From Lachnospiraceae bacterium (GTDB lineage Bacteria; Bacillota; Clostridia; Lachnospirales; Lachnospiraceae): 64,000 nt of DNA. The notes below the pieces were generated by a model. That model was not told where the DNA came from and did no database searches. It saw only the letters and a list, made by a program, of their open reading frames with translations. The translations under genes and the position numbers were made by a program. Of the stretch, positions 17,644 through 25,035 are shown in pieces (the stretch's first letter is position 1; the number at the start of each line of letters is the position of its first letter). Location of the stretch: NCBI GenBank assembly GCA_017405805.1, contig JAFQZU010000004.1, forward strand, positions 6,379 to 70,378, read 5' to 3'.

Positions 17644-19409
17644 ATCTGACTATCAACAAGATCCCGGTGAGTGCACCGGAAAATATGAGCATTCTGGAGG
17701 CGGCGGAACAGGCCGGAATTTCCATTCCCCATCTCTGCTACCTGAAAGAGATCAACGAGATCGGCGCCTGCCGCCTGTGCAGCGTCGAAGTAAAAGGGGA
17801 GGATGCCCTCGTGCCCGCCTGCATCACCCGCGTGCAGGAGGGGATGGAAGTCGTCACCAACTCCCCGCGGGTCCGCGGCGCCTGCCGCACGAACCTCGCC
17901 CTGATCATGAGCCAGCACAACGGGCACTGCACCAGCTGTGTCCGCAGCGGCACCTGTCAGCTGCAGCAGCTGGCAGAGGATTTCAATCTGATCGAAAATC
18001 CCTTCTACGAGGATCTGCCGGCCGGAAAACTGAACTGGTGGAACCAGGAGTTCCCGCTGATCCGCGACGCTGCGCGCTGCATCAAGTGCATGCGCTGCAT
18101 CCAGGTCTGCGACAAGATCCAGAGCATGAAGGTATGGGACCTCATGGCCACCGGCGGCCGTACCCGCGTGGACGTGGCGGGCAGCATCTCCATCGAGGAG
18201 TCGGACTGCACGCTCTGCGGCCAGTGCATTACCCACTGTCCGACCGGCGCCCTGCGCGAGCGCAGTGACATCGACGCCGTGCAGAGGGCCATCGATGACC
18301 CGGACGTCGTCACGGTCGTCCAGATCGCGCCCGCGGTCCGCACGGCCTGGGGCGAGTATCTGGGCCTGTCCCCGGAGAAGGCCACGGTCAACCTGATGGC
18401 GGGCGCCCTGCGCGAACTGGGCTTCGACTATGTCTTCGACACCAGTTTTACCGCCGACCTGACCATCATGGAAGAGGGCTATGAGTTCCTGCACAGATTC
18501 CAGTGGGGCGACATGGAGAAATACCCCATGTTCACGAGCTGCTGCCCCGGCTGGGTCCGCTTCCTCAAGGCCAAATTCCCCGAGCTGACGGACCGGCTGT
18601 CGACGGCCAAGAGCCCGCAGCAGATGTTCGGTGCGGTCATCAAGAACCAGTTTGCCGACAGAATCGGCAAGCCCAGGACCAAGATCTGCAGCGTGTCGAT
18701 CATGCCCTGCACCGCCAAAAAAGCCGAGTGCGCCCTTCCCACCATGCGCGATGAGGGCGGAAATCCGGACGTGGACTATGTCCTCACTACCCGCGAAGTG
18801 GTGCGCCTGATGAAGCGCGGCGGCGTAAACGCCGAAAGAGTGGCGGAGTCCGATTTTGACGCGGTGATGGGAGATTACACCGGTGCGGGCGTTATTTTTG
18901 GCGCGACGGGCGGCGTCATGGAAGCCGCGCTTCGCACGGCTGCCTATGTACTCACAGGAGAGAATCCCGCGCCCGACGCCTTCCGCGCAGTGCGGGCAGA
19001 AGGGCCTGCGGACATGCCCTGGAGGGAGGACCGTCCCTGGCGCGAAGCCGTCGTGGAAGTGGGCGGCGTAAAGGTGCGTGCGGCGGTCACCAGCGGCCTG
19101 CGCAATGCGGAGGCCCTGTGCAGCGCGATCGTCAGCGGCGCCGTGAAGTATGACTTCGTGGAGGTCATGGCATGTCCGGGCGGCTGCTCGGGCGGCGGCG
19201 GACAGCCCATCCTGGGCGACGACGTCGAGCGCGCCCTGCCGCGCGGCGGTGTCCTCTATGACATTGACCGGAACATGGAGGTCCGTTACAGCCACGAGAA
19301 CAAGGACGTGCAGAAGCTTTACGAGGAGAGCCTGGGCGAGCCCAACAGCCTGCTTGCGGAAGCCCTTCTCCACACGGACCATTTCGGCTGGGATATGCCC
19401 GGCAGGTAA
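17637..19409 (+). CDS. hydA: [FeFe]-hydrogenase catalytic subunit, group A
   Basis: H-cluster motifs TSCCPGW, MPCTAKKAE, EVMACPGGCSGGGGQP; N-terminal 2Fe-2S, His-ligated 4Fe-4S (HNGHCTSC...C) and two CxxCxxCxxxC; GTG start overlaps the upstream stop. Confidence 0.95.
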   Translation: MVNLTINKIPVSAPENMSILEAAEQAGISIPHLCYLKEINEIGACRLCSVEVKGEDALVPACITRVQEGMEVVTNSPRVRGACRTNLALIMSQHNGHCTSCVRSGTCQLQQLAEDFNLIENPFYEDLPAGKLNWWNQEFPLIRDAARCIKCMRCIQVCDKIQSMKVWDLMATGGRTRVDVAGSISIEESDCTLCGQCITHCPTGALRERSDIDAVQRAIDDPDVVTVVQIAPAVRTAWGEYLGLSPEKATVNLMAGALRELGFDYVFDTSFTADLTIMEEGYEFLHRFQWGDMEKYPMFTSCCPGWVRFLKAKFPELTDRLSTAKSPQQMFGAVIKNQFADRIGKPRTKICSVSIMPCTAKKAECALPTMRDEGGNPDVDYVLTTREVVRLMKRGGVNAERVAESDFDAVMGDYTGAGVIFGATGGVMEAALRTAAYVLTGENPAPDAFRAVRAEGPADMPWREDRPWREAVVEVGGVKVRAAVTSGLRNAEALCSAIVSGAVKYDFVEVMACPGGCSGGGGQPILGDDVERALPRGGVLYDIDRNMEVRYSHENKDVQKLYEESLGEPNSLLAEALLHTDHFGWDMPGR

Positions 19410-19541
19410 ACGGATGCCCTTCGGTCAATCGTGGATTCTGCCATAGAAAAGAGACAAAAATCGCATAAAATTCGTCAAAATATTTCGTTAATGTTACAAA
19501 TCTGATGTGGTATAGTGTACCGTAATTGGAGGAAGATCATT

Positions 19542-20063
19542 ATGGCAGAATACAGAGATGAAGAACTTGAGAGAGATCGTGTGTGTGCCCGTGTGAAGAA
19601 TCCTTCCCAGGCTATGATTAAGGAGAGGGCAGTCCAGAGAAAGATCCTCTGGGTCAGCCGGATCGCGGCGCTTGTCTGCGCGGTTCCGGTCATGTCCTTT
19701 ATTTTGGATACGGACAATTTTATCAGGATAGATCCGGAAGGAGCCTTCCTCGCTATGATCCGGAAAGCGTCGCCGTGGGCGATGTCGGGGTTCTGCGTTT
19801 TTGCCGCGCTCTCCGTGATGATGGGCCGGAGCCTGCGGAGGGAGACCGATGCGGCGTCGGCACAGCTCAAAGAAGAGGAGAAGGCGGGGATCACGCCGCC
19901 CGCCGGGAAAGAAGCACCCGGATACGGCGCGCTGCTTTGGGGCGTGCTGCTCCTTGCCGCGGCAGTTCTTGTTTTTGCCGCGATCTCGCATGACGGCACC
20001 CGCGAGCTCCTGCACAGGGCCATCGAAATCTGCGTGGAGCACGTGAGGAACCGCAGCTTATGA
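19542..20063 (+). CDS. Hypothetical membrane protein (about 3 TM)
   Basis: GGAGG RBS, extended -10 TGGTATAGT upstream, three hydrophobic stretches, 4-bp overlap with the next gene. Confidence 0.6.
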   Translation: MAEYRDEELERDRVCARVKNPSQAMIKERAVQRKILWVSRIAALVCAVPVMSFILDTDNFIRIDPEGAFLAMIRKASPWAMSGFCVFAALSVMMGRSLRRETDAASAQLKEEEKAGITPPAGKEAPGYGALLWGVLLLAAAVLVFAAISHDGTRELLHRAIEICVEHVRNRSL

Positions 20064-21001
20064 GTGCGGAGGATCGGGCGGCTGGCAGCAGCGGCGCAGC
20101 GGGCCACACGCCGGACACCGTGCACACGCCGGGCACCGTGCAAAACAGGCCGCAGAGCATGGTCATGCTGGCGACAGCCATGCTGATCTTCGGCACCATC
20201 GGGATCTTCAGGAGGTACATACCGCTCTCCTCGGGGCTTTTGTCTTTTGTGAGAGGCGTCATCGGGACGGCTTTTCTGTGTCTGTACGTGAAACTGCGGG
20301 GAGACAGGATCAGCCACGGTCTCAGCAGGCGCGAGATCATTCTCCTGATTGTGTCCGGAGGCCTGATCGGCGTCAACTGGATCCTGCTCTTTGAGGCATA
20401 TAATTACACCACCGTCGCCACGGCGACGCTGTGCTACTACATGGAGCCGACCATCGTGGTGCTGCTCTCGCCGGTGTTCTTTCGCGAGAAACTGACAGCC
20501 CGGAAACTGATTTGTGCGGCCGTCGCCATCGTCGGCATGATCCTGGTGTCCGGCGTCATCGGACAGGGGCCAGCGCAGGGAAACCAGCTGCGCGGCGTCA
20601 TATACGGACTGAGCGCCGCTGTGCTCTATGCCGCCGTCGTGATCCTGAACAAGTGGCTCCGCAGCATCAATGCCTACGAGAAAACGATCATCCAGCTGGG
20701 TGCAGCCGCCCTCTGTCTGCTCCCTTACCTTGTTCTGACAGGGCAGTTCAGCGGCGTACAGCTCACGCCGCTTTCCGCCGTGCTGACTCTGATCCTGGGC
20801 CTGGTGCATACCGGGATCGCTTATACGCTTTATTTTGGGAGCACGGACGGTCTCAAGGCGCAGACCATCGCAGTGTTCAGTTACATTGATCCGGTGTCGG
20901 CGCTGATCTTTGCGGCACTGATCCTGCGGGAGCCCATGAGTCTGACAGCCTGCATCGGCGCCGTACTCATTCTCGGAGCGGCCTTTGTCAGTGAGATGTA
21001 A
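20060..21001 (+). CDS. DMT/EamA family transporter
   Basis: About 10 TM, FEAYNYTTVATAT..YYMEP, FSYIDPV. Confidence 0.88.
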   Translation: MSAEDRAAGSSGAAGHTPDTVHTPGTVQNRPQSMVMLATAMLIFGTIGIFRRYIPLSSGLLSFVRGVIGTAFLCLYVKLRGDRISHGLSRREIILLIVSGGLIGVNWILLFEAYNYTTVATATLCYYMEPTIVVLLSPVFFREKLTARKLICAAVAIVGMILVSGVIGQGPAQGNQLRGVIYGLSAAVLYAAVVILNKWLRSINAYEKTIIQLGAAALCLLPYLVLTGQFSGVQLTPLSAVLTLILGLVHTGIAYTLYFGSTDGLKAQTIAVFSYIDPVSALIFAALILREPMSLTACIGAVLILGAAFVSEM

Positions 21002-21066
21002 AGACCAGGCGCAGGCCTGCACACATATTTCCGACATTTGCTGAATATCATAAGAAAAATTGATTA

Positions 21067-21110
21067 CCCCTATTGTTAACCTATTAAGTAAACAAGGTTG
21101 ACAATAGGGG
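21067..21110. promoter_or_regulatory. BirA (biotin repressor) operator
   Basis: CCCCTATTGTTAACCT-N12-AGGTTGACAATAGGGG contains TGTTAAC-N16-GTTGACA; upstream of bioY. Confidence 0.85.
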
Positions 21111-21167
21111 CTGTTTTTTTTATGATTTCTATATAAAAATATTACAGTTACTGAGAGGGATCAGATC

Positions 21168-21749
21168 ATGAAATTATCTACCTATGAACTAGTACTTTGC
21201 GCACTCTGCGCCGCCATCACCTGTATCCTTGCGCCGATTTCCGTGCCGCTGGCAGGGGAGGTGCCGATTTCCCTCGCTACCTTTGCTGTCATGCTTTCGG
21301 GGATCCTTCTCGGGGCAAAAGGAGGCGCGCTGAGCCAGATCGTTTACGTGCTGCTGGGAGCGGCAGGCGTGCCGGTCTTCGCAGGCTGGACCGGTGGACT
21401 GGGCATTGTCCTGGGCGTGACCGGCGGATATATCATTGGCTATATTCCGATGGCCCTGGTGACCGGTTATCTCTATCGCCGTTTCTTTGCCGATAAAGGC
21501 AGCGCGCGCGGTGCCGCCCGCTTTGCGGGCATGGCCGTGTCAATGCTTGCCGGAACGGCTGTACTTTATCTTCTCGGAACAGCCTGGTTTATAGCACAGA
21601 CGCAGATGCCGCTTGCCGGTGCTCTCGCAGCATGCGTGATCCCCTTCCTGCCCGGTGACATCATTAAGATCATCGCCGTCGCCCTGATCGCGCCGCCCAT
21701 CGAGGCCGCCCTGCGGCGCGCGGCGCCGCAGGAGAGCGCGGCGGTATGA
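21168..21749 (+). CDS. bioY: Biotin ECF transporter substrate component BioY
   Basis: VPISLATFAV, GVPVFAG, TGGYIIGY, PFLPGDIIK; BirA site upstream. Confidence 0.93.
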   Translation: MKLSTYELVLCALCAAITCILAPISVPLAGEVPISLATFAVMLSGILLGAKGGALSQIVYVLLGAAGVPVFAGWTGGLGIVLGVTGGYIIGYIPMALVTGYLYRRFFADKGSARGAARFAGMAVSMLAGTAVLYLLGTAWFIAQTQMPLAGALAACVIPFLPGDIIKIIAVALIAPPIEAALRRAAPQESAAV

Positions 21750-22216
21750 TAACGCTTTCAGACGCGCATTTGGAGCATTTGAAGAGTGAGCGGCCCGTCA
21801 GACTTCGTTCGCATCATCTGCTCTGTATGCAGACTTTCGTGGGAAACGGATACAGCGAAGCTTTTGTAGAGAACATGAAGCAGGTCCTGGCGCGGCTTGC
21901 GGCGGAGGCCACCCCGGGCTTCATGCTTGCGGAAGGTGCTGACGATCTGTGCGCCGCCTGCCCGAACCTTGTGAATGGACAGTGTACGTCCCAAAACCCC
22001 GGACAATTTGATGCTCTGGTCATGAAATGCCTTTCGACTGCCGGTGAGAAAGCCCGTATGATGACAGAGATCCCGCCGTCGCTCCGGATGACTGAAGAAT
22101 TGCTTGAACAATGCTGTCCCGGGTGCGAGTGGAAGGACTTGTGCAGGGAAGTTTGCGGTTGTGCGAGCGGGTTAGAGCATGGGATTACAATTTATACCGA
22201 CGATAACCATAATTAA
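21746..22216 (+). CDS. DUF1284-like Cys/His-rich protein
   Basis: LRSHHLLC..FVGNGYS..F..NM, DDLCAACP, CCPGCEW..LC. Confidence 0.75.
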   Translation: MITLSDAHLEHLKSERPVRLRSHHLLCMQTFVGNGYSEAFVENMKQVLARLAAEATPGFMLAEGADDLCAACPNLVNGQCTSQNPGQFDALVMKCLSTAGEKARMMTEIPPSLRMTEELLEQCCPGCEWKDLCREVCGCASGLEHGITIYTDDNHN

Positions 22217-22239
22217 GCGTGCTGCGTAGGCATAAACCG

Positions 22240-22287
22240 CGATCCCACGGCACAGCAGACATACGATCCCACGCCACATCACACAAA
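22240..22287. repeat. 2 x 24-bp degenerate tandem duplication
   Basis: cgatcccacggcacagcagacata / cgatcccacgccacatcacacaaa. Confidence 0.7.
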
Positions 22288-22292
22288 AGAAG

Positions 22293-22333
22293 AGTCCCTC
22301 AGGCTGCACATGCAGCCTGAGGGACTGTCTTTT
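22293..22333. terminator. Intrinsic terminator hairpin between convergent genes
   Basis: AGTCCCTCAGGCTGCA-CA-TGCAGCCTGAGGGACT flanked by A/T runs. Confidence 0.8.
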
Positions 22334-23780
22334 ACGCATCGGAGCGCGCGTACGCATTTCTCATCTTATTGCTTGTTTCATTTAAAACCTTGAGCAGCAC
22401 ATCAGCTGTATTTTCCTTCAGCATTGATGCAGACTCCTCATTGGCTTTTTCTACGGCCTTCACAATCTCATCTTCCTTTGTAAGTGAGGAGATCTCTTTA
22501 TCATATCGGCCGATGATCTCATGCGCACATGCGCTTACCTTTTCCTGATATCGTTCTATGTGGATCTTGCAGGCAGCATACTGCGCGTCTGCCAGGGCTG
22601 CGATCAGCCTGTTGTTCCAGTAATAACTTGCCGTGTCTACATTTTTTCCCGTATTGGAGAGGTAGTCCGGAACCTTGTCCGTATTGGGATAAAAGGGGAC
22701 AAAGGCATTGAAGACGTTGGACCCAAAAGTGAGCCACTCCACAGCGCGGACCGGCGCGGGGGCGTAGGGGCGGAGCTGTAAAAGGGCAAGGAAATCCGTT
22801 CTGTTAACGCCTATACTCCGGTAAGCGCCCCGCATAGAGCCGTCTCCGGTGGAACTGTAGGGATCGTAGGGCGTGCCCTGATAGTGACTGGACAGGATAT
22901 ATTTGACATCCTCCACGGTAATCTTTCGCTCCGGAACAAGACTCCAGGGCAGGTCATTGCTCATAGGAGTATACTGCGCCTGCGGTCCGTCCCAGCAAAA
23001 GCTTCGCGGATTGAAGTGACGGAGCATATACCAGGCGCGGGGCGTGTTATATACGTGATCCGCGTCATCCTGTGTGCCGAAGGCTTCGCGCGGGTTCAGG
23101 TTTCCGTTCATGGACAGATCCAGATGATTGTCCGCAATAAAGCTTCGCAGATCAGCGCTGCACAGATTCTCTTTGCCTTCTCCCAATGCGTCATCCAGAT
23201 CAATACTGTCAATGCCCGATTCATTGGGCATGACCACATAGCGGTCATCCGGAACTCTTCTGGCGATCCAGTGATGTCCGCCGATCGTCTCCATCCACCA
23301 GATCTCATTCACATCCGAAAAGGCGATCCCGTTCATTTCATAGGTGCCGTACTGTTCCAGGAGAGCGCCCGTCCGGAGAACGCCCTCCCGGGCAGTCCGG
23401 ATATAGGGCAGGACGATCGTCACGAAATCTTCCTCGCCGATTCCTCCTTTAACCAGGGGATCGGCACCCAGTACCCGCGCATTGGAAGCAATCGTCTCTG
23501 TGGCGGTCATTGCGACGTTCGCCGCGTTGACGCCGGCGCCGGCCCAGATCCCTTCCCCTTCCAGGGCATTGGGTACGGCGGAATACCGCATGGGATCGTC
23601 GGGCAGATCGATCTCGGCGTGGCTGATGACAGCGCAGTAATGCCGGGGCTGTTTGTCCGGTGTCACGATCTCAAGTTTCTTGGGTGTGTAGCTCCCTGCT
23701 CCCGAATCGTCATTTCGGGCGATCATGGTGGAGCCGTCATAAGTTGCGTTTTTTCCTGCAAGGATTGTAGTACATGCCAT
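22332..23780 (-). CDS. C69 family dipeptidase (PepD/PepA type)
   Basis: N-terminal nucleophile MACTT, DGSTMIARNDD, GVNAANVAMTATET, ETIGGHHW, YNTPRAW. Confidence 0.92.
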   Translation of the reverse strand: MACTTILAGKNATYDGSTMIARNDDSGAGSYTPKKLEIVTPDKQPRHYCAVISHAEIDLPDDPMRYSAVPNALEGEGIWAGAGVNAANVAMTATETIASNARVLGADPLVKGGIGEEDFVTIVLPYIRTAREGVLRTGALLEQYGTYEMNGIAFSDVNEIWWMETIGGHHWIARRVPDDRYVVMPNESGIDSIDLDDALGEGKENLCSADLRSFIADNHLDLSMNGNLNPREAFGTQDDADHVYNTPRAWYMLRHFNPRSFCWDGPQAQYTPMSNDLPWSLVPERKITVEDVKYILSSHYQGTPYDPYSSTGDGSMRGAYRSIGVNRTDFLALLQLRPYAPAPVRAVEWLTFGSNVFNAFVPFYPNTDKVPDYLSNTGKNVDTASYYWNNRLIAALADAQYAACKIHIERYQEKVSACAHEIIGRYDKEISSLTKEDEIVKAVEKANEESASMLKENTADVLLKVLNETSNKMRNAYARSDA

Positions 23781-23948
23781 ATTGTAAATACCTCTTTTCT
23801 GTTCCTATAATAGGCTGTCGGAAAGGAAAATGACAGTCCTTTCGGCGTGGTCTTTTACTTGCTGCGGCTAAAGTTGTCCGTTCGTTTCAGGCTGATTGCA
23901 ATACCGGCAATAATCTGATTTTTCAAGCCGATGATCGAGAAATACCTC

Positions 23949-24848
23949 CTATGATCGTGTGTTCATCAGTATCACAGACCCGACGACCATGACGATCCCC
24001 AGGATCTCCCAGCCTGAAAGAGGCTGTCTGAAAAGTACGCATCCAAGGATCGCCGCCGTGACCGGCTCAATGGTAGTGAGCTGTGCAGCTCTTGATGTCT
24101 CCATTCCTTTCATACCGGTTGTGTAGAGCACATAGGCCAGACTACCGGTAAGAAGGCCGCACAGAAGAGCCAGCAATGTACGCGCAGGGGATTCAAAAAC
24201 CTGGGATATACTTCCGTCGGCACAGGACAGGCAGAGGAACCCCAGCATGGCGATGCCGAAGCTGTAGAAGACATTGGTATAAACCGAGTAGCCGCGATTA
24301 AGGATGAGGCGGCTGAAAATACTGTACAGAGCGTACCCCAGTCCGGCGCCAAGACCCAGAAGAAGACCGGCAGGCGTAATGAGTGTACCGCCATCGGAGG
24401 AGAAGAACTCCGCACCGAGACCGGAAGCAAAGGCACAGCCGACAGCTGCCAGGATACAGCAAAGGATCTTTCTGGCATGGAGCTTTTCACGGAAGAGAAT
24501 GGCAGAAAGAATCATGACGATGACAGGCGCCGTATAGAGCAAAGCAGCTGCGGTAGCGATCTTGGTAACTTTGATAGCCGAGGTGTAGCAGAAGGTGAAA
24601 AACAGCAGGCTCAACAGTCCATTGGCGGCAAAGAGAGGGAAATCTCCTTTTCTTATGTGGAACTGAGAAGGATCTTTTGCAAGGATCAGGAGACCGACCG
24701 GAAGAGAAGTTGCAAGCATGCGAAGGAAGACCAGCACATTTTGCTGCAGGCCCATGGAGGTCAGAATGGTTACAAAGGTGCCGTAGAGGCCCCATAAAAC
24801 TGCACTGGCTATGACCATCAGCGCAGAGGATTTGAATTTGTTGTCCAT
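23949..24848 (-). CDS. DMT/EamA family transporter
   Basis: About 10 TM, LWGLYG, AAALLYTAP, GYALYSIF, IEPVTA. Confidence 0.88.
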   Translation of the reverse strand: MDNKFKSSALMVIASAVLWGLYGTFVTILTSMGLQQNVLVFLRMLATSLPVGLLILAKDPSQFHIRKGDFPLFAANGLLSLLFFTFCYTSAIKVTKIATAAALLYTAPVIVMILSAILFREKLHARKILCCILAAVGCAFASGLGAEFFSSDGGTLITPAGLLLGLGAGLGYALYSIFSRLILNRGYSVYTNVFYSFGIAMLGFLCLSCADGSISQVFESPARTLLALLCGLLTGSLAYVLYTTGMKGMETSRAAQLTTIEPVTAAILGCVLFRQPLSGWEILGIVMVVGSVILMNTRS

Positions 24849-24974
24849 AGAAGGAATTCAATAACAAAGCAGCGTGTTTGTCAACTGCATTTCCGGTGGT
24901 CTCCGAAATATGCCGACGCATTTGTGCAATCAAATGAGGGAGAATTCCGAAAAAACCCCAAAAATCATGGAAAA

Positions 24975-25008
24975 CCGGGAGGCAGGTGCTTCAGCACCTG
25001 CCTCCCGG
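24975..25008. terminator. Hairpin, probable terminator of the surface-protein gene
   Basis: CCGGGAGGCAGGTGCT-TC-AGCACCTGCCTCCCGG. Confidence 0.75.
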
Positions 25009-25035
25009 TCATGAATGATGGAGTATAGTCATCAC

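Noticed and set aside
23781-23948. Riboswitch or T-box upstream of the dipeptidase (also checked before leuA and proS)
   Set aside because: No T-box or recognisable aptamer consensus; leuA and proS leaders are too short
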